64,000 nt of DNA from a virus, in IMG/VR virus record IMGVR_UViG_3300048442_000818, positions 1 to 64,000 of that record. One strand, given 5' to 3'. Below the pieces are notes generated by a model, which saw only the letters and a program-made list of their open reading frames with translations, searched no databases and was not told the origin of the DNA. Positions 7,593 to 18,598 of the stretch are shown here, piece after piece. The translations under genes were made by a program, and so were the position numbers. Position 1 is the stretch's first letter; each line of letters starts with the position of its first letter.

Positions 7593-10073
7593 ATGCGAGT
7601 ATCGCATGAACAAGATCATGTAACTCATGCTGTAGTTGGCGGCGAACAGTCAATTGATTTTGGTGTTTCAGATACCGCTGAATTCTACCATATGATGTCT
7701 AGTACTCTATACAGAGATCAAATCCTTGCTGTTGTTCGTGAGGTACTCTGTAATGCTTGGGACGCTCATATTGATAATGACATTATGGATAAACCTGTCA
7801 GAGTAACCCTAAACCCAAATGAACTTGTAATTCGGGATTTCGGTAAAGGTATTTCCAAACAGGATATTGGACCAATTTACGGTGTATATGGTCTATCTAC
7901 TAAAAAGAATGACGGTAAGCAAACTGGTGGTTTCGGTCTTGGCAGCAAATCTCCTTTTGCTTACACAGATCACTTTGATGTGGTTTCTTACCATCAAGGT
8001 ATCAAAACCATTTACAACATGAGTAAATCTTCTGCTCAAAAAATGGGTAAACCGAGTATTACACCTATTGCTTCTTTGCCCACTGAAGAATCTGGTTTGT
8101 CTGTTAAGATCAAAATTAAAGACCACAGCGATTTCACTCGTTTCAAACTCCTTATCCACCGTATTGCTTATAACGGTGATATGAATGTTGAGTTGAATGG
8201 TGAGCTATTACCAAAATTAGAATTTGATACAACAAAAAGTAACTATTTGGTAATTAAAAACACTCAGCTTATGGACACCAGTTCAACTATTTATGTTCGA
8301 TATGGTAATGTTATCTATCCTGTTGAATATGGTTCAGAAATCGAAAGTAAATATGATCAAATATCCGGTGTATTACGTAAGCTGGCTTCTAGGCAGACCG
8401 GCAGTTATCAAATCATTTTTCAAGCACCACCAAACAGTATCTCTGTAACTCCTAGTCGTGAATCACTTTCAATGCAGGAACATACAATAGATACTTTGAG
8501 AAAACTGTTTGATAATTTTATGAAACTCTATAAAACTGAGTTTTATCAATCATGTTCTAAAGCAGCTTTAAACAACATTGACGAGGCTATTCAAAGTAAA
8601 GATGTAGCTGCTTTGCTTAGTAAAAATGTTTGTTTACCGTCAAAAGACAACGCTGATAACGATTTTGAACCTAAAAAGCTCAATGATATCAATGAACTCG
8701 CTGACAAATATGTATCTGCAAATTATCCCGCAGGGATTGCCTTTAGAAGAAAGGATATTGCACGTCGTATTAACGGCTTAATTCGGGAAGGTGTTGTTGA
8801 CCGTGGTTTAGCTCAAAGTTATATAAAACAACTACAGAGAGCAACAACAATAAATACAGTACGTATGTACGGTCCAAGATTCCCCGATAGCTCTAACTGG
8901 TTGCAACGTAAAATTGTTTATCCCGTCATCAAAAAGATGGATGAAACTGAGTTCATGAGTCACAAAAAACTTTATGTTTTTGATGATGAGCTAACGGATC
9001 GTGGTTATAAATCCCGTGGTGAAAGAATCCCCATGGTTCCGGCAACTGGTGCAAATCTTGTTAATACCTTCACTGGTATGGTTTATCTAAGGAAAATTGT
9101 TGTTATTTCTTACGGTAAACTGGATATGTGGGCACGAGCCAAAAACAAAGATATATTTGACAAGCTAGGTAACCATCCTGGATTCTTGTTTTATCATACA
9201 GGACGTAAGATAAAAGAAAGAGAAGAAGCTGTTAAATTCTTCACTGATCTTGGTATGAATGTGATTGACCTAACTAAAGAAGCCAATCCATTTAGAAGTG
9301 ATACTCCTCAAAGAGCCACACCGAGAAAAAAGAAAAAGGGATTAGCTAAACTGAGTTCAGTGCATCAAGGCCCTAACCATACAATTGACATTCGTCAATC
9401 AAGGCTAGATTCAGCAGAACGTATCACTGAACCAAAATTTGCTATGTTCCTGCCAATTAATGAAAACGTATCAACTAAATCCATTGGTATATTTAATTCA
9501 ACTGACTCACGTATTATCGTCGAGTTATTTGGAGATGAGGGTGGTCTAGCAGTTAATAATAAACAGTTAGATACTTGGCTAAGTAAACCAAATATTAAAA
9601 CATTCAAAGAATACGTCGCAGAAAAAGTAATTAATTACCTGAAAAATAATAAGAATACAAAAGCACTTTGGGAATTTGATCTTGATCGTACCATACATTA
9701 TGGTAGTTCAGTGGATAGATTCAGATTTAGTGAGGACTTGTTAAAAGTAGTTTTCAATAATGCTGAATTAAGAATTAAACACAAACTACCTAATCCACCT
9801 ACACCAACTGAAATTAAATATTTCAGACTTTGGAAAAAAATATCTGATTCATATACATGGAGTCAGATGGATATAGTTAAAGACTATATTGATGAACTAG
9901 AAAAAATTCCTCTTTCTCCGGTTTGTAAGGGTCTTGTTGATAAAATCATTAAAAATGATTCAGCAGAATTTATTAAAGTTTATGCATTATCTAGTGCTTT
10001 AAATTCAACTGATAAAAAATCTAAGAGGTATAAAATTGCTCGTGAAATCTTTGACACTATCTTCGACAACTAA
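7593..10073 (+). CDS. rIIA: rIIA-like protein (GHKL ATPase N-terminus)
   Basis: REVLCNAWDAH, IRDFGKGI, STK, GGFGLGSKSPFAYTD. Confidence 0.92.
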   Translation: MRVSHEQDHVTHAVVGGEQSIDFGVSDTAEFYHMMSSTLYRDQILAVVREVLCNAWDAHIDNDIMDKPVRVTLNPNELVIRDFGKGISKQDIGPIYGVYGLSTKKNDGKQTGGFGLGSKSPFAYTDHFDVVSYHQGIKTIYNMSKSSAQKMGKPSITPIASLPTEESGLSVKIKIKDHSDFTRFKLLIHRIAYNGDMNVELNGELLPKLEFDTTKSNYLVIKNTQLMDTSSTIYVRYGNVIYPVEYGSEIESKYDQISGVLRKLASRQTGSYQIIFQAPPNSISVTPSRESLSMQEHTIDTLRKLFDNFMKLYKTEFYQSCSKAALNNIDEAIQSKDVAALLSKNVCLPSKDNADNDFEPKKLNDINELADKYVSANYPAGIAFRRKDIARRINGLIREGVVDRGLAQSYIKQLQRATTINTVRMYGPRFPDSSNWLQRKIVYPVIKKMDETEFMSHKKLYVFDDELTDRGYKSRGERIPMVPATGANLVNTFTGMVYLRKIVVISYGKLDMWARAKNKDIFDKLGNHPGFLFYHTGRKIKEREEAVKFFTDLGMNVIDLTKEANPFRSDTPQRATPRKKKKGLAKLSSVHQGPNHTIDIRQSRLDSAERITEPKFAMFLPINENVSTKSIGIFNSTDSRIIVELFGDEGGLAVNNKQLDTWLSKPNIKTFKEYVAEKVINYLKNNKNTKALWEFDLDRTIHYGSSVDRFRFSEDLLKVVFNNAELRIKHKLPNPPTPTEIKYFRLWKKISDSYTWSQMDIVKDYIDELEKIPLSPVCKGLVDKIIKNDSAEFIKVYALSSALNSTDKKSKRYKIAREIFDTIFDN

Positions 10074-10084
10074 GGAATATAACC

Positions 10085-11779
10085 ATGAGTAAAGTGATTG
10101 TCCGTATTGTTGCTATTGTTGTAGATAAGCAACACCTAACCATGTACAAGGAAGACGGTGATACCATTATCATTCGTCAAGGTGATCATCGTGTACGGAA
10201 AATTGTAGATGAGGTCACACCTATTATCGCTAAACAAGGATATGCAGATATTGATCTGTCCTCTGAATACAGTAACCCATACCAACGCTTTGAGGAGAAA
10301 TCGAACGGTTCTGTTCGTTTGTTCCGTGTAGCTAAAAACAAATTGAAAAGTTTGTTTGGTATGGATAACGATGAAAAACCTGTTGAAGTTGCTTCTATTG
10401 GAGTTGTACCTCATAAAGACTTTGATCAGGCGAAAGGTGAAAACCTCCACAACGCAGTAAATGAAATCATTGAAAATGCTGTTTCTGTTAGTGATCCCTC
10501 ATTTAATGAGGAAAGTGTATCCCAACAAGGTAAAATTACTGATAAGGAAAAACGTGGTTCAACGGAAGAATCTAATTACAGTGATACTGTTGTAGCACTT
10601 GTGAATGGTAAGATCATTCCCGGTATGGAAAAAATCAAATCCCAGTTTGCTCGTGCAACTAAATTAGGTTCAACCAAAGGTGTAGAGAATTTCCTACTTC
10701 GCCTTAGTTCTGTAATTGACGAACGTAAGCACTCTGTGGATGATCTGCTCAATTTCATGGAACGCGGTGATCTACCTATTGCTGATGATGGTTCCATACT
10801 GGTCTATAAAGTTCTACGTACAACATCTGAAAAAGATGTGTTTGTAGACTGTCATTCCAAGAAAGTAAAACAATGGGTTGGTGCTTATGTTTGTATGGAT
10901 CCATCCATGGTAGACCATGATCGCCGTAAGGCATGTTCTAACGGTCTGCATATTGCCCGCCGTGGTTACCTCTCTGGTGGCTTCACAGGTGATGTTTGTG
11001 TGCTTGCTAAGCTTGCACCTGAAGATGTGATTGCTGTTCCTGAGTACGACGCAGATAAGCTCAGGGCTTGTGGTTATCACATCATTGGTCTGCTCAGTGA
11101 TGAACACCATCAGCTCATTAAAAACCATAAGCCGATCAGTGAAACCACTAAAGGTAAGATCATTATTGGTAAAGCTATTGCTGGTGAGCATATTGGTAAA
11201 ACACATGAAGTTCGTATTACCAAACAACAAGGTGAAGGTGTCATTGTTACAGAGTTAATCAAAGACGCTAAGCCAGTTAAGACTACCAAAGCTAAACCAG
11301 TAGATGCTCTATCTGATGTGGATGAAGAAACCAATGATGAAGTTGTTGATCCCAAAAAAGTAGCAAAAGACTTCAATGATCTCACTCGTAAAGAACAAGT
11401 TAACAGACTTGTTGAACAAATTAACACTATGTTCAAGCGTGAACAGTGGGAAGAAGTAAAAGCACTTTGGGTTGTATTGCAAAGTACTAAACGTAAAAGC
11501 AAAGTGAGTTGGGAAAAATTAGGTGTTAGCTCTGCATTCCTAAAATCTATGGATTCTGTAGTTAAGCACTCTAACTCAGTTAAAGAAATTCCCAAAGCTA
11601 TTCCTAACAAACCAATCAATAAAACAAAAAGAGAAATCATTCATGAAATGATTCCACCAACTACTAAACAACAAGCTCTTGATATTATTTCTATCAAAAA
11701 GAAAGCTAAAAAAAGTTGGTCTAGTTTGGGAGTTACGGAAGAGCAAGTTAAACATATTGAGTCAATGTCTCAAAAATAG
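10085..11779 (+). CDS. rIIB: rIIB-like protein
   Basis: DLPIADDGSILVYK, VDHDRRKACSNGLHIA, PEDVIAVPEYD; follows rIIA. Confidence 0.9.
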   Translation: MSKVIVRIVAIVVDKQHLTMYKEDGDTIIIRQGDHRVRKIVDEVTPIIAKQGYADIDLSSEYSNPYQRFEEKSNGSVRLFRVAKNKLKSLFGMDNDEKPVEVASIGVVPHKDFDQAKGENLHNAVNEIIENAVSVSDPSFNEESVSQQGKITDKEKRGSTEESNYSDTVVALVNGKIIPGMEKIKSQFARATKLGSTKGVENFLLRLSSVIDERKHSVDDLLNFMERGDLPIADDGSILVYKVLRTTSEKDVFVDCHSKKVKQWVGAYVCMDPSMVDHDRRKACSNGLHIARRGYLSGGFTGDVCVLAKLAPEDVIAVPEYDADKLRACGYHIIGLLSDEHHQLIKNHKPISETTKGKIIIGKAIAGEHIGKTHEVRITKQQGEGVIVTELIKDAKPVKTTKAKPVDALSDVDEETNDEVVDPKKVAKDFNDLTRKEQVNRLVEQINTMFKREQWEEVKALWVVLQSTKRKSKVSWEKLGVSSAFLKSMDSVVKHSNSVKEIPKAIPNKPINKTKREIIHEMIPPTTKQQALDIISIKKKAKKSWSSLGVTEEQVKHIESMSQK

Positions 11780-11851
11780 TCCCTTCCGGGATACCTCTAG
11801 TTAAAGTTATACTGGGGGTATCCTCATTACTGAACCAGAAAGGAAAGCACC

Positions 11852-12268
11852 ATGTCTAATGCCTATCGTGCAAACCGTAAGGCGTCTGACGCTGACATCA
11901 TTCGCTTGAACAGCGTAGGGCTGTCCCTGGCGACGATTGCCCGAGCGTTAGACTGTCACCCCACAACGATCACTTTACGCCTCAGATCACTGAACATTGC
12001 CCCTGCTGATACACGTCGTTCTTTCATGGAGGACGTGTTTCTTTCCTTGGATCTACCAACCCAAGAGTGGTTAGCCGATGAGCTAAGCTCAGGCATGTCT
12101 GTGAAAGAGTATGTACGTGAATTAATCGTTCAAGAGCACCAACGACACCTTAAACCTAAGGAGAAACAATCTAATGAGCACTCTCTACAACATTCACGAA
12201 TGGTTTCAGAAAGCGGTACCCCAACCGACGGGCAAGAATCTAGCAGTACAAACGGGAGTACATCTTGA
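11852..12268 (+). CDS. helix-turn-helix protein conserved in N4-like phages
   Basis: GLSLATIARALDCHPTTITLRL HTH pattern; AAGGA RBS. Confidence 0.75.
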   Translation: MSNAYRANRKASDADIIRLNSVGLSLATIARALDCHPTTITLRLRSLNIAPADTRRSFMEDVFLSLDLPTQEWLADELSSGMSVKEYVRELIVQEHQRHLKPKEKQSNEHSLQHSRMVSESGTPTDGQESSSTNGSTS

Positions 12269-12614
12269 AGAAGTATGTGAATTCGTAAGGGAAATGCGTA
12301 CTAATGATCTTCATGCTAGAGCATTGATTAAAAATCTAAATGATAGTTTAAATGATCTAGCTGATTATCTTAAAACTAAAGACATTCAAATTGAATTCCC
12401 TGATCCAGTAGAAACACTGGATGCTTTGTGTGATCAAATTGTCACTTCCGTGGGCATTGGTTACATGCTTGATATGGATGTTCCTGGTGGTACAGAGGAA
12501 GTCACAGATTCTAATTGGTCCAAGTTTGTCGATTATGAACCACAATTCGATGAAAACGGTAAAATTGACAAAGGACCGGACTACTTCAAACCAGATCTCA
12601 CCTCTTATGTTTAA
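12174..12614 (+). CDS. MazG-like nucleoside triphosphate pyrophosphohydrolase
   Basis: HLEEVCEF, DALCDQIVT, SNWSKF, FDENGKI.KGP.Y..PDL. Confidence 0.85.
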   Translation: MSTLYNIHEWFQKAVPQPTGKNLAVQTGVHLEEVCEFVREMRTNDLHARALIKNLNDSLNDLADYLKTKDIQIEFPDPVETLDALCDQIVTSVGIGYMLDMDVPGGTEEVTDSNWSKFVDYEPQFDENGKIDKGPDYFKPDLTSYV

Positions 12615-12666
12615 TACTTAACAAGTTTGGGGATCCTTTTCTGGATCCCCCTCAAGGATAATTCCC

Positions 12667-13971
12667 ATGAATCAAGATTCTCGTGATCCTTTGAACCAAG
12701 GACAACAGGCCGCTGCTGACGGTTTTTTTCAGTTTCTCTTTGACGAAGGAAACGAGTTAATTATCAGTGGTCCTGGTGGTGTAGGTAAAACTTTCCTTAT
12801 GGGTCATCTCATTGATGAGATTATGCCCAGATACCATGAGACCTGTGCCTTGATGGGTATCAAAGCTCACTACCAAGATGTGGTGATGACCGCCACCACC
12901 AACCAAGCAGCAGAAGTTTTAGGTGCTGCTACCGGTAGACCTGCCACTACCATTCATTCCTTTCTTAACCTGAAAGTCACAGATGATTATGCTACTGGTA
13001 GAAGTATCTTAACTAAAACAGCAAACTGGAAAGTACACCATAACCTAATTATTTTTATTGATGAGGCTTATATGACTGATCGTGCTCTGTTGGCAAAATT
13101 ACGGGAAGGTACACATAATTGTAAGATCGTATTTGTTGGTGATCATTGTCAGTTGGCTCCCATCATGGAACCAGTAAGTGCAATATCCACACAGAACTTA
13201 CCTTTCTATGAACTAACTGAACCAATGCGCAATGGTGCTCAACCTGCATTAATGAGAGTTTGCCAACAATTACGAAACACTGTTGAGACTGGTGATTTTC
13301 ATCCAATACAAATTGTTCCCGGTGTCATTGATTACCTTGATAATGCTGAAATGGAACAAGAAGTAAATAGAGTCTTTACAGATCCAAACACTAATTCCCG
13401 TATCCTGGCTTATACCAATGCTCGTGTAGTGGCATATAACGATCATATTCGGGATATCCGTCAGCTAACTGAAACGTATACTCTGAATGAAAAACTAATT
13501 AATAACTCAGCAATTCGTATGCGTAACGGTATGCTGTCTGTTCAAGAAGAAGTTGAGATTATCCATCTTGATCATTCTTCACATAACGTAGAGATTGCTG
13601 AAGATGTGTTCCTACAGGTTATTGCGGCAGATATCAAAACACGTTTTGGTGATATCTATAAAGGTGTTCATTTACCTGTTGATAAAGACCACTTCAACGC
13701 TTTAATTAAATTCTATCGCAGACAAAAGAACTGGAATCGTTATTTCTATCTTAAAAATAACTTTCCTGATCTACGCCCGCGTGATGCGGTAACCGTACAC
13801 AAAGCTCAAGGTAGTACCTTTGATTCTGTATTTATTGATCTCGGTAACCTATCTACTTGTCACAATCCCAATCAAGCTGCTCGACTGCTGTACGTGGCTT
13901 TTACTCGTGCTTGCGGTAGAGTAGTGCTCTACGGGAAACTGGCTGATAAGTACGGAGGGGTTATCCAATAG
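12667..13971 (+). CDS. SF1 Dda/RecD-like DNA helicase
   Basis: Walker A GPGGVGKT, IDEA, GDHCQLAP, TVHKAQGST, LYVAFTRA. Confidence 0.93.
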   Translation: MNQDSRDPLNQGQQAAADGFFQFLFDEGNELIISGPGGVGKTFLMGHLIDEIMPRYHETCALMGIKAHYQDVVMTATTNQAAEVLGAATGRPATTIHSFLNLKVTDDYATGRSILTKTANWKVHHNLIIFIDEAYMTDRALLAKLREGTHNCKIVFVGDHCQLAPIMEPVSAISTQNLPFYELTEPMRNGAQPALMRVCQQLRNTVETGDFHPIQIVPGVIDYLDNAEMEQEVNRVFTDPNTNSRILAYTNARVVAYNDHIRDIRQLTETYTLNEKLINNSAIRMRNGMLSVQEEVEIIHLDHSSHNVEIAEDVFLQVIAADIKTRFGDIYKGVHLPVDKDHFNALIKFYRRQKNWNRYFYLKNNFPDLRPRDAVTVHKAQGSTFDSVFIDLGNLSTCHNPNQAARLLYVAFTRACGRVVLYGKLADKYGGVIQ

Positions 13972-13980
13972 GAGTTAATC

Positions 13981-14487
13981 ATGGGAGATGGTCAAATCCT
14001 CCAATGGATAGAAAGTATAAAAAGACAATTGTTCAAAGCTGAGCTTAGACGACATAACGAAATCATTGAAGAACTTAATGAACGTAATTCAAAAATCAAA
14101 CAAATTCAATATATAGGATTTACTCATAGAGGTGATTTCTTCATTCCAAAAAGCTGTCAACATATAAGAATAAAACCAAAGTTACCAACATTAGCTTTTG
14201 AATTAATACCAGAAGCTGAAAAATTCTTTTTAGAGCTGGATAAATTTAATTTGGATAGTAAACAGATACACCAGATACTTTTTAAGCTGCTAAACCCTTG
14301 TATGGATAAGCAAGATATAAGAGACGCTTTGCCTGAGTGTATTGTCGCTTTATTTCCAAAACTTTCAGCTATAGAAAGAAGAAATGAACCTCAATGGTCT
14401 ATCAGAAATAACCCTCGTGCTATAAAAGAGTATCAAAAAATACTCCCCAAAATTGAAATGTATTCGATGTCTCGTTTGCTGTATTAA
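13981..14487 (+). CDS. conserved N4-like hypothetical protein (gp38-like)
   Basis: Lies between helicase and polymerase; RDALPECIV motif. Confidence 0.7.
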   Translation: MGDGQILQWIESIKRQLFKAELRRHNEIIEELNERNSKIKQIQYIGFTHRGDFFIPKSCQHIRIKPKLPTLAFELIPEAEKFFLELDKFNLDSKQIHQILFKLLNPCMDKQDIRDALPECIVALFPKLSAIERRNEPQWSIRNNPRAIKEYQKILPKIEMYSMSRLLY

Positions 14488-14496
14488 GGAACTGCC

Positions 14497-17094
14497 ATGC
14501 GTTACCTGACGCTCACCGATCAAGAACAACCCAGCTATCCTCTAGCGCTATTGGTTCCCACTATCCGTAAAAACGAAATTCAACAAGAATATATAGATCC
14601 TTTTGGTATTCCTTATGAAGATGTGTTGATCATGGATCTTCACTACTCTCAGATTAAAAAGAAAACTCCTGTATCTGAAATCAAGGAGTATATCAAAAGT
14701 GAACTCGTACCGGCATTAACAGATATCAAAACTAAATATATTGTTGTTGCTGACGGGGATTATTTTAAAGTACTCACAGGTGTTACCAAAGTAGAAGTAA
14801 ATTTGGGTTATGTCTTAGATTGTGCTTTTGGTCCGTGGAAAGTTATCTACGTACCAAACTATCGATCTATTTTTTATGACCCAGAAAAAGTACGCAATAA
14901 AATTAAACAAGGCATGGATGCTTTGATTAGTCATGCTTCTAACCAGTATGTTGAACCGGGGAATAGTATTATTCACTTTGCTGAGTACCCCCGAACCAAT
15001 AAGGAAATTCAGCAATGGTTAGATAAACTTCTTGAGATGGATTGTGATCTAGCTATCGATATCGAAGCATTCGATTTGAAGCACCATAAAGCTGGTATCG
15101 GTACGATTACCTTCTGTTGGAATAAGCATGAAGGTATTGCTTTCCCTGTTGATTACGTAGAAATCCCAGGCGCTACAGAAGCACCTTTCGGTAAGCAGGT
15201 TAGAAATGATTCTATTCGTCAGATGCTGCGGATATTTTTTGAGCAGTATGTGCAGAAAGTAATTTACCACAATATCACTTATGACGTGTATATTTTGATT
15301 TATGAACTATACATGACAGAAATTCTTGATACTAAGGGATTACTTAAAGGTATTGAGGTATTGCTCAAAAACTGGGATGACACTAAGCTAATTACTTATT
15401 TAGCAACAAACTCATGTTCCGGTAATAAATTATCTCTTAAAGATCAAGCACAAGAATTTGCTGGTAACTATGCTAAAAGTGATATCTACGATATTACAAG
15501 AATACCTTTACCAGATCTTTTGAAATATAACCTTGTAGATGGTTTATCAACTTGGTATGTCCACGAGAAACATTGGAATACTATGATTGCTGATAAACAA
15601 GGTGATATATACGAAAGCCTGTTTAAAAAAGCTGCTACTGATATCATCCAAATGCAGCTTACAGGTATGCCTATTAACATGGATGAGGTTAAACGTGTAA
15701 AGAGTATTCTTGAAAGTGACGAAAAGAAAGCACTAGATACGCTGCACAGCAGTTCAATAGTTCAGCAATACACTTATCGTATGAACGAGAATTGGGTTAA
15801 ATGGAAGAACTCCACACTTAAAAAGAAAAGAGTTACTTTGGCTGATGCTAAGGAAGTATTTAATCCAAACTCAAATCCTCAATTACAAGATTTACTCTAT
15901 AATATGCTTGGTTTACCTGTCTTATCTTTAACAGACAGTAAACAACCTTCAACAGATAAAGATACTATTAAAGCTCTGTTGAATCATACAAGTGACAAAT
16001 TCATTAAAGAGTTCCTTAAAGCTTTACAGGATTTTTCTGCTGTTACCAAGATCCTCAGTAGCTTTATTCCAGCAATGGAAAATGCTGCTCAAGGATCTGA
16101 TGGTTGGCATTACCTGTTTGGGAACTTTAACCTCGGTGGAACAGTGTCAGGCCGGTTAAGTAGTTCAGATCCAAACCTACAAAACCTTCCTGCCACTGGG
16201 TCCAGATACGCCAAACTGATCAAGGGCTGCTTCCAGGCTCCTCCTGGTTGGCTCTTCTGTGGTCTGGATTTTGCATCCTTGGAAGACCGCATTTCAGCGC
16301 TTACCACCAAGGATCCTAACAAGCTTGCTGTCTACCTTGATGGGTATGATGGTCACAGTCTCCGTGCCTACACATACTTTAGTGAGCAGATGCCGGATAT
16401 TGATCCTGACTCAGTAGAAAGTATTAACTCGATCCAAGAAAAATATAAGAGTTACCGACAAGAAAGTAAGGCACCGACATTTGCACTAACGTACCAAGGA
16501 ACCTTCAAAACACTCATGACCAATTGCGGTTTCTCCGAAGAAGACGCTAAGATCATTGAGGCACGTTACCACGAGCTTTATCAGGTCAGTGACGCTTGGG
16601 TACAGGATAAGCTGAACCAAGCAAGCAAGGACGGTTATGTCACTGTGGCGTTCGGTTTACGGGTAAGGACACCACTGCTTAAGCAGGTAGTCATGGGTAA
16701 CAGCAAAACACCTTATGAAGCTATGGCAGAAGGCAGAACAGCAGGTAATGCATTAGGTCAATCATGGTGCTTACTGAATAGCCGAGCTAGTGGTGAGTTT
16801 ATGGAAAAGGTGCGCAAAAGTGAGCACAGACTAAATATTCGTCCTTGTGCTCATATCCATGATGCCCAGTATATGTTAGTGAAAGATGATATTAGTGCGG
16901 TGCTTTATGCTAACAAACATCTTGTTAAAGCAGTAGAATGGCAAGAGCACCCCGATATCGCTCACGATGAGGTTAAGCTGGGTGGGGAGTTTTCAATCTT
17001 CTGGCCTGATTGGTCAAAGGAGATTACTATCCCCAATGGAGCCACCGAATCAGTTGTTAGATCTGTAATCGAAAACCATCTGTTATCGGAGTAG
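14497..17094 (+). CDS. family A DNA polymerase with 3'-5' exonuclease
   Basis: DIEA (Exo I), TVSGRLSSSDPNLQNLP, DFASLEDR (motif A), RQESKAPTFALTYQG (motif B), HIHDA (motif C). Confidence 0.96.
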   Translation: MRYLTLTDQEQPSYPLALLVPTIRKNEIQQEYIDPFGIPYEDVLIMDLHYSQIKKKTPVSEIKEYIKSELVPALTDIKTKYIVVADGDYFKVLTGVTKVEVNLGYVLDCAFGPWKVIYVPNYRSIFYDPEKVRNKIKQGMDALISHASNQYVEPGNSIIHFAEYPRTNKEIQQWLDKLLEMDCDLAIDIEAFDLKHHKAGIGTITFCWNKHEGIAFPVDYVEIPGATEAPFGKQVRNDSIRQMLRIFFEQYVQKVIYHNITYDVYILIYELYMTEILDTKGLLKGIEVLLKNWDDTKLITYLATNSCSGNKLSLKDQAQEFAGNYAKSDIYDITRIPLPDLLKYNLVDGLSTWYVHEKHWNTMIADKQGDIYESLFKKAATDIIQMQLTGMPINMDEVKRVKSILESDEKKALDTLHSSSIVQQYTYRMNENWVKWKNSTLKKKRVTLADAKEVFNPNSNPQLQDLLYNMLGLPVLSLTDSKQPSTDKDTIKALLNHTSDKFIKEFLKALQDFSAVTKILSSFIPAMENAAQGSDGWHYLFGNFNLGGTVSGRLSSSDPNLQNLPATGSRYAKLIKGCFQAPPGWLFCGLDFASLEDRISALTTKDPNKLAVYLDGYDGHSLRAYTYFSEQMPDIDPDSVESINSIQEKYKSYRQESKAPTFALTYQGTFKTLMTNCGFSEEDAKIIEARYHELYQVSDAWVQDKLNQASKDGYVTVAFGLRVRTPLLKQVVMGNSKTPYEAMAEGRTAGNALGQSWCLLNSRASGEFMEKVRKSEHRLNIRPCAHIHDAQYMLVKDDISAVLYANKHLVKAVEWQEHPDIAHDEVKLGGEFSIFWPDWSKEITIPNGATESVVRSVIENHLLSE

Positions 17095-17129
17095 TGCTGT
17101 ACCTTAGTCTAAATAAAGGGGATCAGTCC

Positions 17130-17462
17130 ATGTCTGCAAAGCCTACCCCATTTAAACGGGGACAGACTTTTAGTTTCCTGTTGGAAATACCTGCTGAAAT
17201 TGATGATGGAGCTTTGAACAGTTGGAAACCAACTGCTCAATTGCGTCGAGAACGTGATAACACTCCTACCGGTAAAATTGCTGATATGAACTGCTTTTGG
17301 GCAGATCCAGGTATCAACAGATATCTAACTGTATATCACAATAACACAGGTAGCTGGCCTTTGGGTTTAGCAGAATTCGATGTTTTGCTTACTTCATCTG
17401 ATGGTCAGCAGTTACGATCTACAACAGCACTTTTCGATATTCAAAGAGGTATCACAAAATGA
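17130..17462 (+). CDS. putative fibre adaptor / virion structural protein
   Basis: RBS AAGGGGA, ATG 17130; FKRGQTF...[10 protein letters not shown]...[12 protein letters not shown] beta-rich pattern; translationally coupled to the collagen gene. Confidence 0.55.
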   Translation: MSAKPTPFKRGQTFSFLLEIPAEIDDGALNSWKPTAQLRRERDNTPTGKIADMNCFWADPGINRYLTVYHNNTGSWPLGLAEFDVLLTSSDGQQLRSTTALFDIQRGITK

Positions 17463-18598
17463 GTATTTCCCCTTCTGCACTGGAGGGGTTAAGCCTCTCC
17501 TTAGTTGGTACTCCCATTCAAGGGCCTCCAGGGAACCAAGGTCAAAAAGGTGACAAGGGTGACCCTGGTCCTGCTGGTCCTCAAGGCATAAAAGGAGATA
17601 AAGGCGATACCGGTGATACCGGACCCAAGGGGGATACTGGTTATCCTGGTCCTCAGGGTATCCAAGGCCCAATTGGACCAGAAGGTCCACAAGGCCCTCA
17701 GGGTCCACAAGGTGAAAAAGGTGATTCAGGTCAAGGTCTGATACCCCGTGGTGATTTTGTTTTAGGTGAAACTTATAACCCAAATGAGTATGTATTCTCC
17801 CTTGGTTCTGGGGGTGTTACATCTATGTTCATTTGCCAATCTACAGTTTCATTTGTTGCAGATGAAACACCATTAAATGACCCCACTAATTGGACCGAAT
17901 TTGAAGCACCAGCCGGTGCTGATGGTAAGTCTGTTGAGTTACAAAAAAATGCTACGCATATCCAATGGCGCCAGGAAGGTGGTAATTGGCAAGATCTTAT
18001 TGCTGTAGCCGATCTTCAAGGACCACAGGGCATTCAGGGTGAGCAAGGCCCTGCTGGTGACCCTGGAACGGATGGTATAGATGGTGAAGACGGTAAGACC
18101 ATCTACACTGTGTCCGGTGCTCCAAGTGCTGCTACAGGCGTTGATGGTGATTACGCTATTGATCCAACTGCACAAATGTTCTATGGCCCTAAAGACTCTG
18201 GATCCTGGCCTGCTGGTGTCAGTATTAAAGGGGAAAAAGGTGATCCTGGGGATGGTACTACTGTTGATGAAAGTCAGTTCCTTAAAAAAGTAACACCACC
18301 CATTGTTCAATCAGGTACTGCACTGACTGTTACCGCTGCTTGGACAGGTGAAGTTGTTGAGTTAACGGCTGCCACTAACCAAACAATCACACTTCCAGAA
18401 GATGCTACAGAAAACTTACCTGTTGGTTCCCAAGGTGTATTTTGGGTAACAGGTGATGGTGTACCAACTTTCCAAATTGAGGGTACAGATCAACTTATCT
18501 CGTTCAATGATTTAGTAACCGCTGCTGGTAAAAACAGTTGGGTTACATGGTACAAAGCCGCATCTGGTCGTTGGACTCTTGGAGGACAGTTAGCATGA
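17459..18598 (+). CDS. collagen-like (Gly-X-Y) fibre protein
   Basis: About 24 consecutive G-X-Y triplets plus a second run of about 9; beta-rich C-terminal domain ending WTLGGQLA. Confidence 0.85.
   Translation: MSISPSALEGLSLSLVGTPIQGPPGNQGQKGDKGDPGPAGPQGIKGDKGDTGDTGPKGDTGYPGPQGIQGPIGPEGPQGPQGPQGEKGDSGQGLIPRGDFVLGETYNPNEYVFSLGSGGVTSMFICQSTVSFVADETPLNDPTNWTEFEAPAGADGKSVELQKNATHIQWRQEGGNWQDLIAVADLQGPQGIQGEQGPAGDPGTDGIDGEDGKTIYTVSGAPSAATGVDGDYAIDPTAQMFYGPKDSGSWPAGVSIKGEKGDPGDGTTVDESQFLKKVTPPIVQSGTALTVTAAWTGEVVELTAATNQTITLPEDATENLPVGSQGVFWVTGDGVPTFQIEGTDQLISFNDLVTAAGKNSWVTWYKAASGRWTLGGQLA

Noticed and set aside
12174-12268. 95-nt overlap between the HTH gene and the MazG-like gene
   Set aside because: The overlapping tail looks like an unstructured extension; the downstream gene has its own strong RBS.
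2323-12614. dcd + thyX + MazG-like genes as a DNA base-modification pathway
   Set aside because: Fully explained by ordinary dTTP supply; no modifying enzymes recognised.
14497-17094. Intein or intron in polymerase, helicase or terminase
   Set aside because: Lengths are typical, motifs are contiguous, and no splicing or homing motifs were seen.
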